A stretch of 10,175 bases of DNA from Candidatus Heimdallarchaeota archaeon (GCA_030668825.1 DAOVET010000094.1:1-10175); one strand, 5' to 3'; shown: positions 1-7,543, numbered from the stretch's first letter. Translations and numbers: made by a program. Notes: generated from the letters alone by a model not told the origin.

Positions 1-1
1 A

Positions 2-688
2 ATTAAAAATCATAAAATTTCAGCTAAACTTGCAGAAGAGTTGATGGAAGATGTTGTTGAACCATTAATTAAACCTGGCATGATAGAAAAGGAATTAGCA
101 GCAATAATTGAATTTGAGTGCAATAAAAGAGGTGGAGTAGCCTTTGAACCTATAGTAGCTTCAGGGTCTAATGCAGCTATACCTCATCATAAAGCAGGAA
201 CTGGTAAAATCAAAGAAAATCAAGTTCTTCTAATCGATTATGGAGTTGCTTATGATATGTCCAATTCCGATATTACTCATACATACTGGATAGGTAGCAA
301 TCCGAACGAAGAAGTTCTTAGAGCTTATGAAGCCGTTCATGAAGCAAAGGAAGCAGCTTATACTAAAATCAAAGCAGGAATTCCTTCAGATATCGTTGAA
401 CTAGCTGTAAGAGACAAATTTGAAGAATTTGGTTATGATCATGAAAAGTTATACATTCATTCAACAGGACATCCAATTGGTATTGAGACACATGATATCG
501 GCGTAGGCATTAGAAAGTCCTATCCCGAGAGACCAGCTCAAAACTTACTAGAAAACTCAGTAATTACTGTAGAACCAGGTTTATACTTTACTGGTGAATT
601 TGGAATACGTCTAGAAGATGATTGTATTGTGATAAAGGATGGAGTAATAAGGATTTCAAATACACCAAAAGACATCGTGTGTTTATGA
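2..688 (+). CDS. Xaa-Pro aminopeptidase/prolidase (M24 family), 5'-truncated by the window edge
   Basis: The frame is open from base 2 (IKNHKISAKLAEELM...), so the TTG at 41 is probably not the true start. M24B metal-binding motifs are present: AAIPHH, LIDYG, SDIT, HSTGHPIG..HD, TVEPGLY, GIRLED. Confidence 0.93.
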   Translation: MKNHKISAKLAEELMEDVVEPLIKPGMIEKELAAIIEFECNKRGGVAFEPIVASGSNAAIPHHKAGTGKIKENQVLLIDYGVAYDMSNSDITHTYWIGSNPNEEVLRAYEAVHEAKEAAYTKIKAGIPSDIVELAVRDKFEEFGYDHEKLYIHSTGHPIGIETHDIGVGIRKSYPERPAQNLLENSVITVEPGLYFTGEFGIRLEDDCIVIKDGVIRISNTPKDIVCL

Positions 689-689
689 A

Positions 690-710
690 GTCTTTTTCTC
701 TTTATCTTTT
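690..710 (+). terminator. Oligo-T/pyrimidine tract, likely archaeal intrinsic terminator
   Basis: TCTTTTTCTCTTTATCTTTT lies just after the peptidase stop, in the 22-bp gap between convergent genes. Confidence 0.45.
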
Positions 711-1778
711 CTAAGGTTTCTCATAACCCCATCGATCGATTGTTTCATGCCATTTTGAGTAGATGAGTTCTTTATCTTTCTTCGAAATTTTGTAATTCCC
801 TACTTCATAACCAGTTAGAGAATCCAAATAAATTTGAATTTTATCTCTTAATAGTTCAAAATCTCCCAAGTTGATTTGATCATATATTTTTACTAATTCT
901 TCCATTGGGTTTGAAATTAGATTTTCATATTTAACTTCTATTAGCTGTTCTTTTGGAATAGAATCAAAGTCCTTATAGTATTTTTCATACATCTCTAAAT
1001 ATAAATCGAAAATAAAATCTTCCAGTTTATATTCTGGTTTTTGTAACCAGAACAAGTGAGTATTAGTTTTATGGAGCTTAACGGTTGAAAAGAAGACTTT
1101 GTATGGATTTCTGTAAATATTGATAAATTTTGCATTAGGAAAGATTTCTAAGATAAGCTTAATTCTATGAGTATCCAGAGGATTTTTGAGTAAAAGCTGT
1201 TTTCCTCCTTCTTTTAATGTTAGTTTTTGTAGATAAAACAAGAAGGTTTCTTTCCATTTATTAATTTCAGTTTCAGTCGCTTTCTCGAAAGTACCATACT
1301 TAAGATATCGTTCTCTGTTACTTGGAAAAAACAAACCAGTTTGTGGAGAAAGCAAGCAAAGATCAACCATAGGAAAATCATGCTCTTGAGGTGTGGCTGC
1401 ATCCATAGACATATTGTCCATTGGTCTAGTTTCAGGAATAAGTGGTTTTATTAGTAATGAAATAAACTTGAAACTACCAAGCATTAGATGAGGAAATGTA
1501 GCTTCAACTAAATCTAGATAACCATATTTTTCATCAAGAAGTAGTAGATTTTGTAAATGTGTTGTTCCTGTCCGCCAATGACCGATTATGAATATGGGGT
1601 CTTCCTTGATTTCTGTTTTTCTGACTTTTCGATTGAATCGTATATGTTCATAGATGGTTAGAGGAGTAAATAAAGCTGTAACTAATGTTATTGCAAGAGT
1701 TCTTGGAATATGCTTCCAACTGATGTTGAATCTATTTTCCCAGAGTAATTTTAACCACACTTTTAGACTAGCGCCCAT
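711..1778 (-). CDS. PAPS-dependent sulfotransferase (Sulfotransfer_3-like) with an N-terminal hydrophobic segment
   Basis: 5'-PSB loop PIFIIGHWRTGTTHL, RPMDN...PQE, LLKNP, 3'-PB motif YRNPYKVFFS and late YENL..NP motif. Hydrophobic stretch TLAITLVTALFTPL. Confidence 0.9.
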   Translation of the reverse strand: MGASLKVWLKLLWENRFNISWKHIPRTLAITLVTALFTPLTIYEHIRFNRKVRKTEIKEDPIFIIGHWRTGTTHLQNLLLLDEKYGYLDLVEATFPHLMLGSFKFISLLIKPLIPETRPMDNMSMDAATPQEHDFPMVDLCLLSPQTGLFFPSNRERYLKYGTFEKATETEINKWKETFLFYLQKLTLKEGGKQLLLKNPLDTHRIKLILEIFPNAKFINIYRNPYKVFFSTVKLHKTNTHLFWLQKPEYKLEDFIFDLYLEMYEKYYKDFDSIPKEQLIEVKYENLISNPMEELVKIYDQINLGDFELLRDKIQIYLDSLTGYEVGNYKISKKDKELIYSKWHETIDRWGYEKP

Positions 1779-1883
1779 AATGAAAATTTAAATCACGACC
1801 TAAATTAGGAAATCCTTGTTTCGAGTTTCTTTTTTTTAGGCTTAATAAACCTTATTAGATGACCATTTTACCCACTAATTTCT

Positions 1884-1900
1884 AAAGATTGTTATATATC
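1884..1900 (+). promoter_or_regulatory. Putative BRE/TATA promoter for the arvAB operon
   Basis: Purine-rich AAAGA is followed by TTATATAT about 90 nt upstream of the TTG start. A GGTGA SD-like motif at 1976-1980 implies a leadered transcript. Confidence 0.35.
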
Positions 1901-1985
1901 AATTTGCAATCGTAATACGACCGTGTGATGTCCATAATATTTCTTTTTAAGTTAACAAGAGAGTAAGCTTGTTCAGGTGAAATAA

Positions 1986-2600
1986 TTGTCATGGAGATTA
2001 TGGCTAAAATCAAAGCCAAAATCAATTAATTTGGGGTTCTACGGTGAAGTAAATGCTGGTAAAACCACTCTCGCAAACAAAATTGGTGTGGATTGGGCTG
2101 ACCAAGAAGTTGGGATTGTAAGTGAAATTCCACACGAAACAAGAACAATTCAAAAGCTTGAGAAGGTTAACTTCTCTTCCAAAGGAACAACCTTGGATCT
2201 TACATTAATCGATATGCCCGGTATAGCATCCTCAGTAAATCCAAAGGAGTTCATGAAATATGGACTTACAGCTGGAGAAGCAATGCAAAGAGCTAAGGAA
2301 GCAACAAGAGGAATAGTGGAAGCAATAAAATTCCTTGAAAACGTGGATGTCGCACTAGTAATAATAGATGCAGCAAAATCACCGTTTGATCAGGTAAACT
2401 TTACCATTATAGGTAATTTGGAGCACCAAAAGAAGCCTTTCATACTAGTTCCAAATAAGATTGATTTACCTGATGTTGACATTCGCGAAGTTAAAGATGC
2501 GTTCAGCGAGTATCATGTTATCCCCGTATCTGCGCTACAGGGTTATGGTATAGAACAATTATATGATAAAATAGCCGAATTGGCTAGGAAGGTAAGGTGA
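1986..2600 (+). CDS. arvA: Archaeal Era-like small GTPase, ArvA/OapA family
   Basis: G1 GEVNAGKT, G2 PHETR, G3 DMPG, G4 NKID and G5 SAL. Family-typical helix AMQRAKEATRGIVEAIKFL and PFDQVN..IIGN. GGTGA precedes the TTG start and the gene overlaps a DUF2073 gene. Confidence 0.88.
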   Translation: MSWRLWLKSKPKSINLGFYGEVNAGKTTLANKIGVDWADQEVGIVSEIPHETRTIQKLEKVNFSSKGTTLDLTLIDMPGIASSVNPKEFMKYGLTAGEAMQRAKEATRGIVEAIKFLENVDVALVIIDAAKSPFDQVNFTIIGNLEHQKKPFILVPNKIDLPDVDIREVKDAFSEYHVIPVSALQGYGIEQLYDKIAELARKVR

Positions 2601-2956
2601 AGAGAATGAAGTATAGAGTAGATTTTATACCTTTTTCTGAGACTGATGATCTGTCATCTGAAGAAAAAATCAGTTACATCTTATCCAAAGTAATGAGGAA
2701 CAGCATATTGGTTCTCGAAGATGGACTCTCTCACAGTGAAGAGCTTAATCTTATCGAAAGAACTATGAGTAAAATTGATTACGGAAACTTTGTAGGTATT
2801 AAGATGTTCTCATTCGAGAGCGGAGAAGACTTTAAATGGACAAAACTTTTTGGTAAAGGAACCAAGAACAAAGGATTTACTGTAGTAGCACCAAATGAAG
2901 CAGTGTCAGTAATTAAAGATAAAAGAGGTATCTTATCCATAAGAATAAGTGGATAG
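2597..2956 (+). CDS. arvB: DUF2073 / OapB / ArvB family protein
   Basis: The pattern LSSEEKI..IL..V....ILVLEDGLS..EE..LIE.TM..I....F.GI...FTVVAP matches DUF2073. A 4-nt GTGA overlap with the GTPase suggests translational coupling. The ATG at 2606 is an alternative start. Confidence 0.85.
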   Translation: MKRMKYRVDFIPFSETDDLSSEEKISYILSKVMRNSILVLEDGLSHSEELNLIERTMSKIDYGNFVGIKMFSFESGEDFKWTKLFGKGTKNKGFTVVAPNEAVSVIKDKRGILSIRISG

Positions 2957-2966
2957 ATCCTTAACA

Positions 2967-3461
2967 TTAATCTGCTAAATTTGCTAAAACTTCCTCAAAT
3001 GTTTTCTCAATGGAAACATCTGTGGAGACAACTCTAACAAGACCTTTACCATATAGTTGCATCATGTCGGTCAAAATAACTTCCATTATTTCTGCTTCGA
3101 TGTTCTCATCAATCTTTGATTCACTATAACCGCGTACCACCAGTCTCTGTCGAAGGTTATGAATCGAGCAACGAAAAACGATACATCGTGATACCAACGG
3201 TGGAGGGAGTCGCACTACATGTCCATCAAGCACAAGAGGGAAAGGTGAAGGGTTTTTTTCAATCAGTTGAGTAAGGACAGCATTCAGTTTGTTATCGTCT
3301 ATTACAAAACTATCTCGTTTTTTATCATAGGAATCATAAAGCATCTCATCTTTGATTAAATTTCCGACATTCATTACTGAATAGCCTCTAGCCTCTAGAA
3401 GATCTGCAACAGTAGATTTTCCAGTACCAGGTGTTCCAGTTAGAATATATGCTTGCTTCAT
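2967..3461 (-). CDS. Adenylate kinase AK6/Fap7-like P-loop kinase
   Basis: Walker A ILTGTPGTGKST, VLDGH Walker-B/His motif and RL..RGYSESKIDENIEAEIM. The start is moved to ATG 3461 (MKQAYILTG) because a TATA-like TTTTAAT lies 23-29 nt upstream on the minus strand. Confidence 0.9.
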   Translation of the reverse strand: MKQAYILTGTPGTGKSTVADLLEARGYSVMNVGNLIKDEMLYDSYDKKRDSFVIDDNKLNAVLTQLIEKNPSPFPLVLDGHVVRLPPPLVSRCIVFRCSIHNLRQRLVVRGYSESKIDENIEAEIMEVILTDMMQLYGKGLVRVVSTDVSIEKTFEEVLANLAD

Positions 3462-3483
3462 TGTACTAGCGTTTGTCAGCAAG

Positions 3484-3496
3484 ATTAAAAGCATTT
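3484..3496 (-). promoter_or_regulatory. Putative BRE/TATA for a leaderless AK6 transcript
   Basis: The minus strand reads AAATGCTTTTAAT, with the TATA about 25 nt before ATG 3461. Confidence 0.45.
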
Positions 3497-3516
3497 ACAA
3501 AAGAATTAAGTCACCG

Positions 3517-3570
3517 TCAGAATTTTCTGAAATTTCTGATTATTCAGAATAGTTATAAATATCTGAAAAT
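3517..3570. repeat. Phased 9-bp tandem array (TCWGA core) embedding a TATA box; putative operator
   Basis: Units at 3517 TCAGAATTT, 3526 TCTGAAATT, 3535 TCTGATTAT, 3544 TCAGAATAG, 3553 TTATAAATA (TATA) and 3562 TCTGAAAAT. The period is exactly 9 bp and the TCWGA core is self-complementary. Confidence 0.8.
3553..3561 (+). promoter_or_regulatory. TATA box of the AbrB-like/arsM operon
   Basis: TTATAAATA ends about 22 nt before TTG 3584 and about 31 nt before ATG 3593. Confidence 0.6.
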
Positions 3571-3592
3571 ATTATTTTTTTAGTTGGTAAAA

Positions 3593-3874
3593 ATGAGTGA
3601 TAAAGAACAAAGTGAGAATTGTCGCAGTTCAAGCAGCGAAGGTTCCGGATGTTGTCATGTAGAAGGTGTTGTGCAATTAGATGGTAGAGGACAAATCGTA
3701 CTTCCAAAAAATCTTAGAGAAAAAATGAATTTGAAAGAAGGAGACAAACTTGTAGTCATAAGCATGAATGAAAAAGGAAAGATTGCTAGCATATCATTAA
3801 TGAAATCCAGTAGATTTGATGGTATGGTCAAATTGTCACTCAGACCAATAATGAAGGAAATTATGCAAGATTAA
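3593..3874 (+). CDS. AbrB/MazE/SpoVT-fold protein with an N-terminal Cys-Cys motif, resembling the HgcAB-associated HgcC family
   Basis: Swapped-hairpin signature LDGRGQIVLPKNLREKMNLKEGDKL, preceded by ENCR...GCCHVE. C-terminal ISLMK...GMVK..L.PIMKEI resembles HgcC-like proteins. TTG 3584 is an alternative start. Confidence 0.82.
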   Translation: MSDKEQSENCRSSSSEGSGCCHVEGVVQLDGRGQIVLPKNLREKMNLKEGDKLVVISMNEKGKIASISLMKSSRFDGMVKLSLRPIMKEIMQD

Positions 3875-3875
3875 G

Positions 3876-4745
3876 GTGTTTCAAACGTCAGATATAGAAA
3901 AAGAAAATCTTAGAAAAGTTGTTAGAGATAGATATGGTAATGTCGCAAAGAAAAATACTTCCTGTTATGGAAGTGAAACTGAATTACAACCAAAAGAATC
4001 TTCTTGTTGTGGAACTCCGACTATAGAGGAAGTTAGTAAAGCTATAGGTTACACTTTGGAAGAGCTATCATCTATCCCTGAAGCATCCAATATGGGTTTG
4101 GGTTGTGGAAACCCAACAGCTATAGCAGAAATGAAGGAAGGAGAGGTTGTTTTGGATCTTGGCTCAGGTGGAGGATTAGATTGTTTTCTTTCAGCTAAGA
4201 AAGTTGGAACTTCTGGAAAAGTAATAGGTGTTGATATGACTCCAGATATGGTTGATTTAGCAAGAAAAAACGCACGTAAGTTTGAGTACGGTAATGTAGA
4301 ATTTAGACTTGGAGAAATAGAAAATATTCCTGTAGCTGATGACTTAGTCGATGTAATTATCTCGAATTGTGTAATCAATTTATCTCCAGAAAAACAAAGA
4401 GTCTTTAACGAAGCATTCAGAGTTCTGAAACCTGGAGGAAGAATTTCTATCTCAGATATGGTCTTATTGCAGGAACTCCCTGAATCAATTAGGAAGGATG
4501 ATAGTTATTTAGCTGGTTGTGTGGCAGGAGCAGAGCTTAAACCAGTCTATCTAGAAATGATAAAAAAAGCTGGATTTACTAATATTGAAGTTTCAAAGGA
4601 AGAGGATATTCCTGATAAAGCAAGAGATTTTGATTACGAAGATGTAGTTGAAGCTGTTGAATTTGATTCAAAAGAAGAGGAACTAGCATTCATAAATAAA
4701 GTAGTTGAAAGCGTAACTGTAACTGCTTTCAAACCAAACAATTAG
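3876..4745 (+). CDS. arsM: Arsenite S-adenosylmethionine methyltransferase
   Basis: SSCCG, GLGCGNP, SAM-binding VLDLGSGGGLDC, GVDMTPDM, ISNCVINLSPEK, LKPGGR and AGCVAGA contain the ArsM cysteines. The gene starts 1 nt after the upstream stop. Confidence 0.93.
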   Translation: MFQTSDIEKENLRKVVRDRYGNVAKKNTSCYGSETELQPKESSCCGTPTIEEVSKAIGYTLEELSSIPEASNMGLGCGNPTAIAEMKEGEVVLDLGSGGGLDCFLSAKKVGTSGKVIGVDMTPDMVDLARKNARKFEYGNVEFRLGEIENIPVADDLVDVIISNCVINLSPEKQRVFNEAFRVLKPGGRISISDMVLLQELPESIRKDDSYLAGCVAGAELKPVYLEMIKKAGFTNIEVSKEEDIPDKARDFDYEDVVEAVEFDSKEEELAFINKVVESVTVTAFKPNN

Positions 4746-4747
4746 AT

Positions 4748-5482
4748 TCATTTAAGCATCTCATCTGAAAGTTTCTTTTTACCAAAGATACCTTTCCAGA
4801 TTTTCATTTTTTTTGCTTCACCAGAACGAATTTTCTGGAAATTTTCTTTTTGTCTACTAAGCATAATTAAGGATATGCCAATAAGAAGCAAACCTAGTGA
4901 TAGGGGACAGGGAGCCCAAGGCATTAACAAATAGGTTGGTAGGAAAAAACCAATTACACCTACTAAAACTGTAACCACAATATAAGTGATCGAAGAATAA
5001 CCAATAATAGTTATAATAACTGGCCAAAAAGCAATCCAAAATCCGAGCAAAATAGGGTTAGCGAAAATTAGTGAAGCCAAAACTACGGTGATTCCTTTTC
5101 CCCCAGCAGATAAGAGATAAAGGGGCCAATTATGTCCTAGAATAGCACCCATTCCAGCAACAGTCAAGCATAAACACCATCGAATGTCAATAAATGGGTG
5201 TAATAGTATGTTACCTCCAGTTTTTGAGAAATAAAGAATGTTTGCTAGAAAGTACGGGACGATAACAGCTGTAACTGATCTACTCACATCTAGAAATCCT
5301 GCAAAATATGCCCATCTAGAAGATTTAGTTGCTCTGTAAACATTACGACCTCCTACATTTCCTGATCCAATTTTTCTTATGTCTTCTCCTGTTTTAAGTT
5401 TTGTAACTATCCAACTGAAAGGAATTGATCCGATTAAATATGAACTCAAGAAAACAAGAATATATACAACTGAAACGTGCAT
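4748..5482 (-). CDS. plsY: Glycerol-3-phosphate acyltransferase PlsY-family membrane protein (divergent)
   Basis: YLIGSIPFS, DIRKIGSGNVGGRNVYR (motif 1), ILGHNWP...GGKG (motif 2), multiple hydrophobic helices, and RQKENFQKI..GE at motif 3. Confidence 0.85.
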   Translation of the reverse strand: MHVSVVYILVFLSSYLIGSIPFSWIVTKLKTGEDIRKIGSGNVGGRNVYRATKSSRWAYFAGFLDVSRSVTAVIVPYFLANILYFSKTGGNILLHPFIDIRWCLCLTVAGMGAILGHNWPLYLLSAGGKGITVVLASLIFANPILLGFWIAFWPVIITIIGYSSITYIVVTVLVGVIGFFLPTYLLMPWAPCPLSLGLLLIGISLIMLSRQKENFQKIRSGEAKKMKIWKGIFGKKKLSDEMLK

Positions 5483-5505
5483 AACTTCAAAATTGTTCTA
5501 GCTTG

Positions 5506-5538
5506 AATAAAAGATTTACGTGTAAGCAAATTTTTATA
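5506..5538. promoter_or_regulatory. Back-to-back TATA boxes for divergent plsY and pmm genes
   Basis: Minus-strand AAATCTTTTATT lies about 25 nt before plsY ATG 5482. Plus-strand AAATTTTTATA (TATA 5531-5538) lies about 25 nt before ATG 5561. Both spacings fit leaderless mRNAs. Confidence 0.5.
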
Positions 5539-5560
5539 CATCTAATTTACCCTTAAACCA

Positions 5561-6946
5561 ATGAACAAAGATATCTCCCCTAATATATTTCGAGCATATG
5601 ATATACGAGGAATTTACAATAAGGATATCTCTCCACCATTAATGTATAAAATAGGTTTAGCCTTTGGTACATATGTTAAAAACACATTAAAGGGCAAAGA
5701 AGTTGTTGTGGGCAATGAAATTAGACAGTCTAGTATTCCATTAGTTTATTCTTTTATTTCTGGAGTAACAGCAACTGGAGTTGATGTAGTTTACGTAGGT
5801 ACAACAGCATTTGGGCAAACTCTTTATGCGGGGTGGTTTTTAGAAAAAACAGCAACAGCGTTTGTAACAGCAAGCCACCTTCCACCTGAATGGAACGGTA
5901 TAAAATTCTATCATTCAGACGGTGTTGGTTTTTCTGAAGAAGAATTAATGAAGATTAGAGATATAACTATAGAAGAAAAATATTCTATGGTGGGATGGGG
6001 AGAAATTGGAAGTTCAATTTCCTATGAGATTAAGGATAAGTATGAGGAGTTTTTCAAACAAAAATTCAGTTTTACAGAAAAAATGAAAGTTGCATTAGAT
6101 TGCGGTGGTGGTAGCACCACATTATCAGCCCCAGTAATTTTTTCATCCTTGGGAATTGAGATTACAAAAATCTATTGTGATACTGACCCTACTTTCTCTG
6201 GAAGACCATCTGATCCAAAACCAAAAAATCTAACTGAATTGGTTAAAGCAGTTACAAAGAATGGATGTAATTTTGGAGTAGCATTTGATGGAGATGGAGA
6301 TAGAGCTGTAATCGTAGATGATTTGGGAAGAATTCTCTCTGCAGATCAAACAGGAATAATTATTGGTCAGTATGGCTTATCTAAGAAAGAAGGGACGATT
6401 ATTGCAAACGTAGAATGTTCAAAATCTGTAGCCGAACAACTTGAACCCTTAGGTTATAAAGTAAAACAGATTCCTGTTGGACACACCTTTTTGACAATCG
6501 AGGCAAAAAAAGAAAAATCTCCCTTGGGTGTTGAATCTAGTGGGCATATTATTTTACCTGAATATTTTCTCTTTGATGATGCACTTGTTACCCCCCTTAA
6601 GATAGCAGAAATACTTAATAAAGAAAAGATAAGATTGTCAACTTTAGTGGATAAAATCCCAACGTATCCCCTAAGAAAGGAAGAAATTCATTGCGAAGAT
6701 GATATCAAATTTGCTGCAGTAGATTTACTGAAGAAGAAATTACTATCAAAATATGAAGATATTAATACCATGGATGGGGTTAGAATCAACTTGAAAGAAG
6801 GCTGGGTTCTAATTAGACCATCTAACACTGCACCTGTAATTAGAATGACAATTGAAGCAGACAATGAGGAAGCAATAGAAGAATTAGCAATTGAATTTAA
6901 AGGAAATCTTATGGAATCAATAATTGAGATTCAAGCACGAAGGTGA
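5561..6946 (+). CDS. Phosphomannomutase/phosphoglucomutase (alpha-D-phosphohexomutase family)
   Basis: IFRAYDIRG, phosphoserine loop TASHLP, metal loop FDGDGDR, sugar-binding ESSGH and phosphate loop LIRPSNTAP. Confidence 0.95.
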   Translation: MNKDISPNIFRAYDIRGIYNKDISPPLMYKIGLAFGTYVKNTLKGKEVVVGNEIRQSSIPLVYSFISGVTATGVDVVYVGTTAFGQTLYAGWFLEKTATAFVTASHLPPEWNGIKFYHSDGVGFSEEELMKIRDITIEEKYSMVGWGEIGSSISYEIKDKYEEFFKQKFSFTEKMKVALDCGGGSTTLSAPVIFSSLGIEITKIYCDTDPTFSGRPSDPKPKNLTELVKAVTKNGCNFGVAFDGDGDRAVIVDDLGRILSADQTGIIIGQYGLSKKEGTIIANVECSKSVAEQLEPLGYKVKQIPVGHTFLTIEAKKEKSPLGVESSGHIILPEYFLFDDALVTPLKIAEILNKEKIRLSTLVDKIPTYPLRKEEIHCEDDIKFAAVDLLKKKLLSKYEDINTMDGVRINLKEGWVLIRPSNTAPVIRMTIEADNEEAIEELAIEFKGNLMESIIEIQARR

Positions 6947-6950
6947 AAAA

Positions 6951-7397
6951 ATGACTCTTCCAGATTTAGAATTCTATTGTCCATATACAGACACTTGTTA
7001 TGAATGCTGTTTAGAAACAGAAATGCCTCTAGGAGAAAAAGACATAACAAGAATTGAAAAATTAGGATTCCAAATTGATGAGTTTCTAGTAGAAAAAGAA
7101 GGATTTATGGTTTTAAGAAACATAGATGGTCAATGCTTCTTTCTAAATGATAAAAGATGTTCTATCTATGAGGATAGACCAGAAGGGTGTAGATACTATC
7201 CTTTGATTTACGACCTTGAAACAGATGAATTTGTTATTGACGATCTATGTACTCATCTTCATGATTTTAATCCAAGAATCTATCAACCACTTCATGAACC
7301 AATAAGATATTTTATTTACATGCTTTTAAGTGAAAAAGAGATACGACTTGAAAAAACAAGAGAGGAAGAAAGAAAAAGAGATGAAATTCAAGACTAA
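6951..7397 (+). CDS. YkgJ-family cysteine-cluster (CxxCC...CxxC) zinc/iron-chelating protein
   Basis: CYECC, CFFL, CSIYEDRPEGCRYYP and a distal C. ATG 6951 follows GGTGA (6942-6946) overlapping the pmm stop, so it is preferred over TTG 6924. Confidence 0.88.
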   Translation: MTLPDLEFYCPYTDTCYECCLETEMPLGEKDITRIEKLGFQIDEFLVEKEGFMVLRNIDGQCFFLNDKRCSIYEDRPEGCRYYPLIYDLETDEFVIDDLCTHLHDFNPRIYQPLHEPIRYFIYMLLSEKEIRLEKTREEERKRDEIQD

Positions 7398-7543
7398 TCG
7401 TGGAATTTATCCTCCAATTTCTTAAGCACACCGGTAATGTTGTATATTCCATTTCACTCAAAGGAAGACGACCAGGTTCGAAAGGTCCATGCCTACGGAT
7501 ATATTCAGCGATTTCATTGACTCTTGTTCGTGTAGAATCAAAA
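7394..7543 (-). pseudogene. Possible frameshifted 3' remnant of an unknown gene
   Basis: The minus strand reads ...DSTRTRVNEIAEYIRRHGPFEPGRLPLSEME. Removing 2 nt at TATA 7443-7446 continues it as YNITGVLKKLEDKFHD-TAG, with the stop overlapping the YkgJ stop. No start codon is present upstream. Confidence 0.3.

Noticed and set aside
1220-1402. 60-aa minus-strand ORF
   Set aside because: It is an alternate frame nested inside the sulfotransferase and has no recognisable motifs.
1779-1985. Replication origin next to the oap/arv genes, as in haloarchaea; short hairpins CCTAA-A-TTAGG and AACAAG...CTTGTT
   Set aside because: No ORB-like repeats with G-strings and no cdc6/orc1 gene are visible. 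Stems of 5-6 bp are expected by chance in AT-rich DNA.
2779-2967. 62-aa minus-strand ORF as a possible arvC
   Set aside because: It is antisense to arvB and lacks CxxC zinc-ribbon motifs.
3517-3570. Repeat array as a CRISPR or transposon end
   Set aside because: The units are 9 bp with no spacers, and no cas or transposase genes are in the window.
3593-3874. AbrB/MazE protein as the antitoxin of a toxin-antitoxin pair
   Set aside because: There is no adjacent VapC/MazF-type toxin, and the coupled downstream gene is arsM.
4049-4378. 109-aa minus-strand ORF
   Set aside because: Antisense shadow of arsM with a Ser/Pro/Thr-rich composition.
4857-5039. 60-aa plus-strand ORF
   Set aside because: Antisense to plsY with an implausible aromatic-rich composition.
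7454-7456. Minus-strand TGA in frame with NGIYNITGVL..., considered as selenocysteine
   Set aside because: That frame hits a TAG 13 codons upstream with no start codon, and no SECIS-like element was recognised.
7468-7488. GGTTCGAA T-loop-like motif suggesting a tRNA
   Set aside because: The flanks do not form a T-stem and no cloverleaf or acceptor stem can be built.
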